A program made the translations under genes and the position numbers. From positions 160,001 to 224,000 of the forward strand of contig JBJOKS010000001.1 of the NCBI GenBank assembly GCA_046045965.1: a DNA stretch of 64,000 nucleotides, read 5' to 3'. Below, in pieces: positions 1 through 8,988 of the stretch. Each line of letters starts with the position of its first letter. Position 1 is the stretch's first letter. The notes under the pieces are model-generated. The model was given only the letters and a program-made list of their open reading frames with translations. It was not told the origin of the DNA and searched no databases. The stretch is from Cyanobacteriota bacterium. GTDB lineage: Bacteria; Cyanobacteriota; Cyanobacteriia; Cyanobacteriales; Nostocaceae.

Positions 1-186
1 AATACCAGCGGCTGCTAAGTATAACAGCAATGGTGAACCGAGTCCACCAGTACCTATACATAATACACTGGCAGCTTTGAGGCGTTTTTGTCCTTCTAAC
101 CCGACTTCGGGCAAGATTAAATGACGGGAGTAGCGTTCGTAGTCGTCTTTCGTTAACTGGATTTCATCCAGATTAGGATTTAGCAT
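1..186 (-). CDS. moeB: MoeB/MoeZ-family molybdopterin-synthase adenylyltransferase (E1-like), N-terminal part; runs off the window
   Basis: Manual translation from ATG at 186: [62 protein letters not shown] (RYSRH and GxGGLG motifs). Not in the ORF track. Confidence 0.92.
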   Translation of the reverse strand, partial: MLNPNLDEIQLTKDDYERYSRHLILPEVGLEGQKRLKAASVLCIGTGGLGSPLLLYLAAAGI

Positions 187-308
187 AAGAGGAAGATGCA
201 GAATCTCAGAGTATTAATACTAACTCAAAGTTGGTTCAGTTTATAGGTTCTATTTTTTGGGCTGGGGGAATTATATCACATTGGCGGCTGGGAAAGGGGC
301 GATTGGCT

Positions 309-333
309 ATGGCTTACGCCACGCTACGCTATC
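309..333. repeat. Very small dispersed repeat (SDR-like) in a split-HIP1 context
   Basis: ATGGCTTACGCCACGCTACGCTATC lies between GCGAT and ATCGC; a 24/25 identical copy is at 29084-29108. Confidence 0.7.
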
Positions 334-549
334 GCCAGCGCCGTAGGCGATCGCACTTTTTGAGGTTGAATGATTTTAGCTCACGCAGAAGCGAAAAAGC
401 GTAAAGAATAAAAAAGTTTTAATAAGTCTAAGTTAATTTTAATATCTCTGTGTTCTCTGTGCCTCTGTGGTTCGTTATTTCATACAAAAATTGTTTTTAC
501 CCAAATCAAATCATTAATAATACATTGTTTTTATCGTATAAATCCTGAT

Positions 550-1008
550 TCAGACAACCTCTATTATTTCACCTTGAAACTGATGATTATCATCCAGAGA
601 AAAACTATTTAATTCACCCGCTTTCCCCTGTGCAACTGATACAATAATATAAGAATATTCTGCCCAAGCATAGAGTCTATCACATTCTGAAGGAATAGCA
701 GGATAATCAGGATGGGAATGAAAAATACCAATAATATTTAAATTGCGATTTCTCGCTTCTTTCTGTATTTGTAACATAAATTGAGGAGCGATCGCATATC
801 TTCTTCTGGTACTATATGATTCTTTGTCCTCTGTAAAATTAGCCTCCTCCGTATTCCACACATTTTCTGCTGGTATTACTTCTACAACAGTTTTTACCCC
901 ATTACTGAGATAACCCAGTATTAACCCACAACATTCATCAGGGTAGGTGTTTTCAGCATGAATGTTGATAATTTGCAAGTGTTCTGGGTAGATTTTTAGA
1001 TGATTCAT
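550..1008 (-). CDS. JAB/Mov34/MPN (M67) metallopeptidase, Mec-like
   Basis: YPDECCG and FHSHPDYPAIPSECD (HSHP...S..D JAMM motif); upstream of moeB. ATG at 1008 preferred over the TTG at 1029. Confidence 0.9.
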   Translation of the reverse strand: MNHLKIYPEHLQIINIHAENTYPDECCGLILGYLSNGVKTVVEVIPAENVWNTEEANFTEDKESYSTRRRYAIAPQFMLQIQKEARNRNLNIIGIFHSHPDYPAIPSECDRLYAWAEYSYIIVSVAQGKAGELNSFSLDDNHQFQGEIIEVV

Positions 1009-1214
1009 AGAAATTGAACTAAAACGCAAATATATCCATTAATTGCACAATTCTGAAAATAGTATCAATACTGCTACACAAAAATTTTTCTCTTTCGCAA
1101 GTTAGAGCAAATAAACTACTCAAAAGATAGAAGAAAATAAAATATAAATCTTATAAATTACAAATAAACATAAAGAGGTAATCAAGGCTAATTTTTGTCA
1201 TTACCATATTAATC

Positions 1215-1373
1215 CAATACTGTTCGGTTAAGGATTTTTGTAGGTTGGGTTGAACAAAGTGAAACCCAACAAACCCTTGTAAACGTTGGGTTTCGTTCCA
1301 TTGCTTCGCAACGCTAACGCGAACAACCCAACCTACGTGATTTCGTTGTTTTGAGTTTAACCGAAAAGTATTG
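1215..1373. mobile_element. 159-bp MITE with 17-bp terminal inverted repeats and 10-bp target duplication (Nezha/IS4-like architecture)
   Basis: CAATACTGTTCGGTTAA ... TTAACCGAAAAGTATTG (1 mismatch); CATATTAATC duplicated at 1205-1214 and 1374-1383. Confidence 0.85.
1240..1336. repeat. GTAG-type REP doublet (REPIN/BIME-like) nested in the MITE
   Basis: GTAGGTTGGGTTGAACAAAGTGAAACCCAAC ... GTTGGGTTTCGTTCC[insert]CAACCCAACCTAC. Confidence 0.8.
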
Positions 1374-1425
1374 CATATTAATCTCTATGTTCAGTTTGGT
1401 TGATTAGTTTTGTTTAGGGAGTTTT

Positions 1426-2256
1426 TTGATGTTTAATAAATCTGATTTTAACCATTTTAAATTCATTCCAAACCTGAATAAAATTCCAGTCATCATTGCT
1501 TTAGGAGCGATGGTGATAATGCTTCCAGCTTGTGAATTTGAAGACAGGAGAGAAGCCTTTGAACCTGTACCACCAGCAGATGTTGTTACTGAGACAGTTA
1601 CAGATCAAACAGATCAACTTATTGGAAAAACAGTCACAATTAGAAGTCAACCTATTAGGAAAATTAGCCCTTCAGCTTTTACAATCATAGATGAGGATAT
1701 GTTTGGTCCACAAAATATCCTCGTTATTAATGCCACAGGTGAACCTTTTCAGTTACCTGAAACAGCGAATACAGAAGTTCAAGTTACAGGACCAGTGCAA
1801 AGATTTAATCTAGCAGAGATTAATAGAAATTACAATTTAAATTTGCAGCCAAACTTGTATCAAGAATATGAAAATCAACCTGTGATTATTGCCAAATCTT
1901 CAGCACTATCACCCACACCAGGAGAACTCACTACCAACCCCAGCGCCTACTATGATAAAACATTAGCAGTCAAAGGCGAAATTAAAGACATACAAAGTCC
2001 AGTTGTATTCACATTGCATGAAGAGAAGTTACTAGGAACAACAGGCTTATTAGTATTACAAACTAAATCCGAACCAAGAGTCAATCAAGGAGATAAGGTA
2101 GTTGTAACAGGTGTATTGCGTCCATTTGTGGTAGCTGATTTGCAAAGAGATTATAATCTCACCTGGGATTTGAATTTACAAAGAAAGCTAGAAGCTGAAT
2201 ATCGCAATAAACCCGTGTTTGTGGCTACAGATGTTTACCTCAAAGCAGCTCGTTAG
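1426..2256 (+). CDS. Hypothetical lipoprotein with two internal repeat domains
   Basis: Hydrophobic stretch plus LPAC lipobox; duplicated unit (VQVTGPVQRF...RNYNLNL / VVVTGVLRPF...RDYNLTW). Confidence 0.75.
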   Translation: MMFNKSDFNHFKFIPNLNKIPVIIALGAMVIMLPACEFEDRREAFEPVPPADVVTETVTDQTDQLIGKTVTIRSQPIRKISPSAFTIIDEDMFGPQNILVINATGEPFQLPETANTEVQVTGPVQRFNLAEINRNYNLNLQPNLYQEYENQPVIIAKSSALSPTPGELTTNPSAYYDKTLAVKGEIKDIQSPVVFTLHEEKLLGTTGLLVLQTKSEPRVNQGDKVVVTGVLRPFVVADLQRDYNLTWDLNLQRKLEAEYRNKPVFVATDVYLKAAR

Positions 2257-2278
2257 TAAAGTTAAATGCTGGGGTTTT

Positions 2279-3013
2279 TTAGGAAATAAAATTGACTCTA
2301 CCAGTGTTAATATCATAAAAAGCACCAACAATTGTTAATCTACCTGCGCTGATTAATTTAGATAAAACTGATGAATTTCTTTGCAATTTTTCACTTTGAA
2401 ATTGAATGTTTCTAATGACAGCATTTTCATCATCATTCGTGTCACTTGTTCTCTGTTGGTTTTGATTTAAAGTCGGTTTAATGCCATCAACAACAGTACC
2501 AATGTTTCCTGGAACTGGTTCATTTTTTATAGCTGCTGCAACTGCACCACAGTTTTTATGACCCAAAACTACTATTAGTTGTGTTCCTAAAATAGCAGCA
2601 GAATATTCTAAACTACCAATAACTTCATCACTAGCAATATTACCAGCTATACGCACAACAAATAAATCACCAAGTCCTTGATCAAAAACCATTTCTGGTG
2701 GTACACGAGAATCTGCACATCCTAATATTGCTGCATAGGGATATTGGGTTTGAGAAACTGATTGTAAACGTCTTTTTGATTGGTTAGGATATCTACGATT
2801 TTGATTAACAAATCTTCTATTTCCTTCTATTAATCTTCTTTGAGCTTCATTTGCACTGACTGGGTTAGGATTAGGATTAGTTTCAGGAATTGTAATTTCT
2901 GGTCGGTTGGTAATTATGCCATTACAAGCAGTAATACCACCAATACTTAAGGTAGTAAAACCTGCGATTTTTAAGAAGTTACGACGACCTATAAAACCGT
3001 TAATTCTACTCAT
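2279..3013 (-). CDS. Beta-class carbonic anhydrase with Tat/lipoprotein signal (EcaB-like, exported)
   Basis: GCADSRV, DLFVVRIAGN and GHKNCGAV zinc motifs; N-terminal GRRNFLK and ITAC. Confidence 0.92.
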   Translation of the reverse strand: MSRINGFIGRRNFLKIAGFTTLSIGGITACNGIITNRPEITIPETNPNPNPVSANEAQRRLIEGNRRFVNQNRRYPNQSKRRLQSVSQTQYPYAAILGCADSRVPPEMVFDQGLGDLFVVRIAGNIASDEVIGSLEYSAAILGTQLIVVLGHKNCGAVAAAIKNEPVPGNIGTVVDGIKPTLNQNQQRTSDTNDDENAVIRNIQFQSEKLQRNSSVLSKLISAGRLTIVGAFYDINTGRVNFIS

Positions 3014-3197
3014 AAGTCTACCTGAAAACTTCTAAATGGTTGCCAAGAAGATATCAGATTTGACAATGAGGTGAGAGTACCTAATTACACGGTTTAAGGG
3101 TTATTTAATCTTTTGCTTAAATACCAAACAATATATTGACAGTATGGACTATAATTCTTGCATTCTTCTTTGCAAATTTGCGTGAGAAAAAATATCT

Positions 3198-3926
3198 TTA
3201 ATGTCTTTTTCCTGCACCCAAATATAATTCTCCCACCTTGGGATCATTTAACAATTCCAATCCCGGACCAGTTATAGCATCCCTTCCTGATTCTAATACA
3301 CAACCACGATGTGCCATTTCCAAAGCTTTTCTCGCATTTTGTTCTACTAAAACAATAGCAGTACCTGATTGATTAATTTGTTTAATTTGTTCAAATACTT
3401 GTGTCACCAAAATGGGAGATAAAGCCGCAGAAGGCTCATCTAAAAGTAGTAGACTGGGTTCTAACATCAAAGCTTTTCCCATTGCTAACATTTGTCTTTC
3501 ACCACCTGATAAAGTTCCTGCACGTTGACGACGGCGATCGCTCAATCTCGGAAACATTGCAAATATCTGATCTTTCAATGGTTTCAAGGGAACATTCCGC
3601 ACAAAAGCTCCCATTTCTAAATTTTCTTCTATTGTTAAAGATGGAAAAACATTAGCGATTTGGGGAACATAACACATTCCCTTTTTCACAATTTGATCTG
3701 ATTTTAACCCATTAATTTTTTCCCCTTTAAAAGTAATAGTACCTGTATGGGGTGTCAACAATCCAAAAATTGTTTTTGCTAAAGTAGATTTACCAGCACC
3801 GTTAGGACCAATTACAGTTACTAATTCTCCTGGTTCAACCCGAAAATTAATACCTTGCAAGATATCTACATCTTTAATATATCCAGCATGGACATTTTCA
3901 ACTTCTAATAAATAGTTATTAGTCAT
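3198..3926 (-). CDS. natE: Branched/neutral amino acid ABC transporter ATP-binding protein (LivF/NatE type)
   Basis: Walker A GPNGAGKST, LSGGERQMLA, LLLDEPS, VEQNA. Confidence 0.85.
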   Translation of the reverse strand: MTNNYLLEVENVHAGYIKDVDILQGINFRVEPGELVTVIGPNGAGKSTLAKTIFGLLTPHTGTITFKGEKINGLKSDQIVKKGMCYVPQIANVFPSLTIEENLEMGAFVRNVPLKPLKDQIFAMFPRLSDRRRQRAGTLSGGERQMLAMGKALMLEPSLLLLDEPSAALSPILVTQVFEQIKQINQSGTAIVLVEQNARKALEMAHRGCVLESGRDAITGPGLELLNDPKVGELYLGAGKRH

Positions 3927-3947
3927 TAGTTATTAGTTATTAGCAAT

Positions 3948-4068
3948 AGGGAACAGGGAACAGGGAACAGGGAACAGGAAATAGGGAACAGGGAACAGGG
4001 AACCTGTAATTACTCATTGGTAACAATAATCTTCTGTCACCTGTCACCTGTCACCAATCACCAATCCC
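3948..4068. repeat. STRR heptamer tandem repeats (GGGAACA; CCTGTCA/CCAATCA)
   Basis: Tandem 7-mers directly visible. Confidence 0.85.
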
Positions 4069-4296
4069 CTAATCTGCTATTTTTTGCAATTCAGGGCGTT
4101 CTTCTGGCAAAATAGCCCCTTCTACTGGGCAAACTTGTAAACAGATGCCACAGTCGATACAGGTAGCAAAATCTATCCAGAACCAATCTGTACCTTTGAC
4201 GTTTTTGCCTGGTCCTTCATGAATGCAAGCTACAGGACAAGCACTTACGCAGTCAGCAACGCCTTCACAAACGTCAGTTACTATTGTGTGTGGCAT
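4069..4296 (-). CDS. Bacterial-type dicluster Fe-S ferredoxin
   Basis: CEGVADCVSACP and CIDCGICLQVCP motifs. Confidence 0.9.
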   Translation of the reverse strand: MPHTIVTDVCEGVADCVSACPVACIHEGPGKNVKGTDWFWIDFATCIDCGICLQVCPVEGAILPEERPELQKIAD

Positions 4297-4360
4297 TTTT
4301 CATTCCCCTCTCTTGATTGAATCAGCAGTTTCTAGCTTAACAATTTGTAATATTAGCCTG

Positions 4361-5572
4361 TCAACGGACTGCTTCAATAGTGGGTGTACCATCGGAGTTA
4401 ATCCAAGCGATTTGGGCAATAGAGCGATCGCGTGCATAGTTCCGAATCGCTTCTGCATCCCTTCCACCTAAATCCATTTCTACCCGCACTAAATGAGTAG
4501 ATTCACGTAATTTTTGCGCGTAAGCAAAGGCAGGAGCATCAGCATTTTTGTTTTCCGGTACTACTAACCAGTTACTTGCGGGGATATTTTGCGGTAATTG
4601 CTGAGTCGATGCCAAAACTTGGTATAAATCATCAATACTCAATTCAAAGCCAATGCCAGGAATATTTTCCCCTTGGGGATGATATAGCCCTAAAAGTTGG
4701 TCATAACGACCACCGCGCCCTAAAACCTGTGCTTGACCATCAATATCACTGACTACTTCAAACACAATACCTGTATAGTAGTCAATGGTTTGAATTAAAC
4801 TCAGGTCCAGAATTAAAGAAAACTTACCTTCTGATTCTAGTAATTCTACCAGAGATTTCAGGTGATTTACCGCCGCTTGTTGGTCTGCATCCAAATTTAA
4901 ACTGCTGACTTTTTGCAACACATCGGCACTATTGCCACGCAAATCTAACATGATTCTAGCGCGTTGGTGCAGTTCTTCACTTAAAGCCAAAGTATCGAGA
5001 GTTACACGATCCAAATTAGCGATCGCATTTCTCACCTGACTTCTGATATGAGCGGGAAAAGCATCAAGCAGAGATTTAGTAATTCCCGCTTCACCTAAAA
5101 TCAGATGCCATCCGCGCAAATCCAAAGCTTCTAAACAGTTAGCCACCAACAACAGCACTTCTGCATTTGCCAGTAAACCACTCGATCCGAGCAACTCCAC
5201 CCCAGCTTGATAATACTCTTGCTGACGATTATGACGCTTTTCCCAGTTGCGGCGAAATACATTAGCATTGTAATACAACCGTTGGGGATATGCCGTTTCC
5301 GCCATGCGAGTAACTACAGTCCGAGCAATGGAAGCTGTGAGTTCTGGACGTAAACCCAATTCTTCATCTTGCCCATTTTGCAATTGTATTACCTTATGGC
5401 GCTGAATCGCTTCCCCAGCCATCAGCGTATCCATCCGTTCCAAAGTTGAGGTAATAATCCTGTGATAACCCCAACGGTGAAAAACTTGTTGTAACCTATC
5501 TTCAATCCAGCGTTTTTGAGCCACATCTAAGGGTAATAAGTCCCTAGCTCCCGCTGCTGGTTGATACACCAT
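4361..5572 (-). CDS. hisZ: ATP phosphoribosyltransferase regulatory subunit
   Basis: HisRS-like: GARDLLP, LRPELTASIAR, EYYQAGVELLG, YYTGIVFE, GGRYDQL. Confidence 0.92.
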   Translation of the reverse strand: MVYQPAAGARDLLPLDVAQKRWIEDRLQQVFHRWGYHRIITSTLERMDTLMAGEAIQRHKVIQLQNGQDEELGLRPELTASIARTVVTRMAETAYPQRLYYNANVFRRNWEKRHNRQQEYYQAGVELLGSSGLLANAEVLLLVANCLEALDLRGWHLILGEAGITKSLLDAFPAHIRSQVRNAIANLDRVTLDTLALSEELHQRARIMLDLRGNSADVLQKVSSLNLDADQQAAVNHLKSLVELLESEGKFSLILDLSLIQTIDYYTGIVFEVVSDIDGQAQVLGRGGRYDQLLGLYHPQGENIPGIGFELSIDDLYQVLASTQQLPQNIPASNWLVVPENKNADAPAFAYAQKLRESTHLVRVEMDLGGRDAEAIRNYARDRSIAQIAWINSDGTPTIEAVR

Positions 5573-6489
5573 TATTTTTTCTTCCCACCAAACAAACCAC
5601 CAAACAAACCACCACTTCCAGACTTATCTGGTTGCGTATCTCCATTATCAGCAGATTTCTTCACCTGATGAGTACCGGATTGATTCCCTAAAACTTTATC
5701 AACTTTAGGTTTCCATTCCAAAGCCAATTTCTCATTGGGATCTAATTTCAGTGCATTGTCAAAGTGAATTTTAGCCATTTTTAGCTGATTTTGCCGTAAA
5801 TATACGATTGCCATCAAGCTATGGCAGCGACTATTTTTCGGCTCCAGCTTCAAGGCATCCTGTAATTCTACTTTGGCCTGGGCAAATTGGTTATTTTCAA
5901 TCAAAGTTTGAGCGCGACGTTGGTACTGTTCCACCACGGAGTCTTCTTTTGGTGGTGGCGGTGTTCTAGAATTAACAGAGGTTTTAACAGCTTGGGGCGT
6001 GGTCATTAACCGCCCTGCACGCCGCATCAAGTAAACTAAATTCAATTCGCTAATTTGGGCAATGAATTGGGGTGTTTGCAGCAACTCATCAAATTGGATT
6101 TCAGCAATTTTAGCTAATTCTTTTGTGTACAATAAATCAACATTGGTTGCGATCGCTAATTGCTTGGACACCTCAGTTGTGAGTACCAACTCCACTGACT
6201 CTTGTGCTAGACGCTTGCCTATTTGCGACAAAACCAGGATATATTCAGCACGATTACGTTCTACAGATAGTTTTTCATAAGCAGGATTAACCAGCTTAGA
6301 TAATAATTCAGTGGCAATATCTTTTTCATGACTGTTGATCACAGCAGAGCTATCTGGGTGCAAGCGACGGGCAATTTTGAGATAACGTTTGCGGACTTCG
6401 CCAGCACTCGCGTCAACAGGAACACACAAAACTGCGTGATGATCTATAAAATCATATTTGAATAAGCCGCCATCTATTTTGATAGACAT
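5572..6489 (-). CDS. J-domain (DnaJ) protein with C-terminal TPR
   Basis: RLHPD J-domain motif; TPR-like helices (AKVELQDALKLEPKN...). ATG at 6489 preferred. Confidence 0.85.
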   Translation of the reverse strand: MSIKIDGGLFKYDFIDHHAVLCVPVDASAGEVRKRYLKIARRLHPDSSAVINSHEKDIATELLSKLVNPAYEKLSVERNRAEYILVLSQIGKRLAQESVELVLTTEVSKQLAIATNVDLLYTKELAKIAEIQFDELLQTPQFIAQISELNLVYLMRRAGRLMTTPQAVKTSVNSRTPPPPKEDSVVEQYQRRAQTLIENNQFAQAKVELQDALKLEPKNSRCHSLMAIVYLRQNQLKMAKIHFDNALKLDPNEKLALEWKPKVDKVLGNQSGTHQVKKSADNGDTQPDKSGSGGLFGGLFGGKKK

Positions 6490-6576
6490 ATACAAGTGTT
6501 GCACCCAAGCAGCAATTTTTTATAGTTTACCCTGTCAGTAATATGGAGATAACAGTTATTAGCAATTTTCCTGATG

Positions 6577-7386
6577 TCACCAAGCTGACAAAGGCGGAAC
6601 TCCCATGAGTTCTTGACTGAGAACGTGATGAATATAACCATTAGTAGCCAGGATTCTACCGGAATCAATTTGTAAATCACCACGATCATAAGCCGTGACT
6701 TTACCACCCGCTTCCTGCACCAAGATTATACCAGCAGCCACATCCCAAGGTGCAATACCTCTTTCCCAATAGCCATCGACACGGCCACAGGCAACATAAG
6801 CTAAATCTAAAGCAGCAGAACCGCCTCGCCTCACACCTTGGGTAAGATGGGTAAGATGACAAAATTCTGCATAATTATTATCAGTAGTTTCCCGGCGGTC
6901 ATAAGCAAAACCAGATGTTAATAAGCTTTTACTCAATTCAGAAGTTTGAGACACTTTCATAGGTCGGCGGTTGCGTGTTGCACCTAAACCAGCAGCAGCC
7001 CGGAATAGTTCATTATGGAAAGGGTCATAAATTACACCAACTTGTGGTACACCCTGAATCAATAACCCAATGGAAACAGCAAAACAGGGATATTGATGGG
7101 CGTAGTTAGTTGTACCATCCAAAGGATCAATTGCCCATAGATATTCACTGGCTTGATTTCCCAGTTTACCTGACTCTTCTGCCAGAATAGAATGTTGGGG
7201 AAAATGACGGTTGATGATTTCCAAAATCACCTTTTCCGAAGCCTTATCAGCTGCGGTAACTAAATCACCAGGTCTTCCTTTTTCGGTAATCGCATCTTCT
7301 ACTTTACCTAAATAATCTTGCAAAATTACACCAGCAGCCAAAGCCGCTTCAGTAGCTATATCGAGAAAAATTTGTAAGTTAGTCAT
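6577..7386 (-). CDS. suhB: Inositol monophosphatase family protein
   Basis: DLVTAAD, IDPLDGTTNYAH, GSAALDL, WDVAAG. Confidence 0.9.
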   Translation of the reverse strand: MTNLQIFLDIATEAALAAGVILQDYLGKVEDAITEKGRPGDLVTAADKASEKVILEIINRHFPQHSILAEESGKLGNQASEYLWAIDPLDGTTNYAHQYPCFAVSIGLLIQGVPQVGVIYDPFHNELFRAAAGLGATRNRRPMKVSQTSELSKSLLTSGFAYDRRETTDNNYAEFCHLTHLTQGVRRGGSAALDLAYVACGRVDGYWERGIAPWDVAAGIILVQEAGGKVTAYDRGDLQIDSGRILATNGYIHHVLSQELMGVPPLSAW

Positions 7387-7411
7387 TGGTAAGGAGTCAG
7401 GAGTCAGGAGT

Positions 7412-7505
7412 TATACTTCGCAAGGTCATAATTTGAGCTTTTGCTTAAAGAGAATATAGAGGATATATGGATGTAAAAACGCAAGTTATGAATTTTTCAA
7501 GTATA
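7412..7505. mobile_element. ~94-bp imperfect palindromic (MITE-like) element, copy 1
   Basis: TATACTTCGCAAGGTCATAATTTGAGCTTTTGC ... GTAAAAACGCAAGTTATGAATTTTTCAAGTATA; about 26/35 matching positions between the ends. Confidence 0.7.
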
Positions 7506-7512
7506 ACAGAGC

Positions 7513-8823
7513 CTAGTGCGGCGTATAAAACGCAAAATTATTCTTCCCAGACATCTTGACGGAATACATTGCATTATCAGCATTGTTCAATAGGTCTTCA
7601 GGAGTTATAGCGTGATCAGGAAATATGGAAATGCCGATACTTGAACCAATATGGATAAGATCCTCGTTATAGCAAATCGGTTGAGCGATCACGTCAACCA
7701 ATTTTCGAGCGATGATTGCGACATCATCGTTCTTAACATCATGAACAATGACAAGAAATTCGTCACCGCCCAAACGTGACACAGTATCTTCTTGTCGAAG
7801 GCAATGAAGCAGACGTTCAGATACTGCCTTGAGTACATAGTCGCCAGCGTCATGTCCAAATGTATCATTAGCCACTTTGAATCCATCTAAATCGATAAAT
7901 AGGATAGCTGTCTTCGCCCCGCATCGCGCCATGTGAGTGCTGATCATTCTCAACCGGTCAATTGCCAAGCGACGGTTTGGTAATCCTGTTAGAGAATCAT
8001 AATTTGCCATATATTCAGTTTGAGCATTGAGTTGAGTCAGCTCTTGGTTTTTTTCCTTGATTGTAGTGATAAAGTTCTCAAGGAGTAGGCCAATAGCTTT
8101 GTGATAGGCAATTTCCAAATCAATCTTGACTTGAAGTCCCTTGTTGCGCCAGATAAGAGTTTCAATTTCTGCTGGACTCAATTTGGTGGTATGTCCAAGT
8201 TGAAGGCTGTTGACTCGGTCATCCAAGTTTTGGCTAATGGCTTTGGATTTTAAGCGGAATCTGACAGTCAGCGTGGTATTGTTGAATAATGGATTGGGTT
8301 TATACTGCTCATTGGTTGCCTCGATATCTACATATTCCATATCATCGAATAGCACGCAGCCACCATAAAAGACTCCCCTTACAAAATCAGGAGGTAGTGG
8401 CGTGATATTCTCATAAACCGCGATGCCTGCATCTTTATCAATCGACTGAAGAATGCACCAGCCAATTTCATCTTTTCCTCCTCCACGTACTACGGAGTTA
8501 TATCCACCACTCTCTTGGTTAACATAAAGCCAATCCATTCCAGAGTGAATCATAGTTTTCCCCAGTCCATTTTCGTACCATATTCGCAAAAAATTGACGC
8601 CCGCATAGAATAATATGATTGCAGAGTAATCAAGAGTCTGTTGGATACGATGCAGGATATCAATCAGCATAGAATACGGATACCACTGATCTGGACTAAG
8701 TTCGTCGATTTGTAATTCTTGTGGAAGAATGTTCATGTTAGAGAATGATGCAATAAGACCAAGCAAAAATGAGCCAGAAACCTCACCTTTTGCTGCCTCA
8801 TGATTATCAGTGCGTTTTATCAT
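7513..8823 (-). CDS. Diguanylate cyclase (GGDEF) with unrecognised N-terminal sensor domain and coiled-coil linker
   Basis: YDSLTGLPNR, FIDLDGFK, GHDAGD, RLGGDEF, SIGIS. Confidence 0.92.
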   Translation of the reverse strand: MIKRTDNHEAAKGEVSGSFLLGLIASFSNMNILPQELQIDELSPDQWYPYSMLIDILHRIQQTLDYSAIILFYAGVNFLRIWYENGLGKTMIHSGMDWLYVNQESGGYNSVVRGGGKDEIGWCILQSIDKDAGIAVYENITPLPPDFVRGVFYGGCVLFDDMEYVDIEATNEQYKPNPLFNNTTLTVRFRLKSKAISQNLDDRVNSLQLGHTTKLSPAEIETLIWRNKGLQVKIDLEIAYHKAIGLLLENFITTIKEKNQELTQLNAQTEYMANYDSLTGLPNRRLAIDRLRMISTHMARCGAKTAILFIDLDGFKVANDTFGHDAGDYVLKAVSERLLHCLRQEDTVSRLGGDEFLVIVHDVKNDDVAIIARKLVDVIAQPICYNEDLIHIGSSIGISIFPDHAITPEDLLNNADNAMYSVKMSGKNNFAFYTPH

Positions 8824-8848
8824 AGTGTGATTTTTGGCGTTGCTGATA

Positions 8849-8934
8849 TATACTTCCCAAAGTCACAATTTGAGCTTTTGCTTAAAGATAATTTTATGGA
8901 TATCAAAACGCAGATTATCACCTTCTCACGTATA
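8849..8934. mobile_element. ~86-bp imperfect palindromic (MITE-like) element, copy 2, in direct orientation to copy 1
   Basis: TATACTTCCCAAAGTCACAATTTGAGCTTTTGCTTAAAGA ... CAAAACGCAGATTATCACCTTCTCACGTATA. Confidence 0.7.
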
Positions 8935-8988
8935 GGAGTCAGGAGTCAGGAGTGAAGTGAATATCTTCCCCCTGTTCCCTGTTCCCTG

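Noticed and set aside
7410..7507. Integron attC site
   Set aside because: The core sites are ordered GTTATAC...GTATAAC, opposite to RYYYAAC...GTTRRRY, and no integron integrase is present; a MITE fits better.
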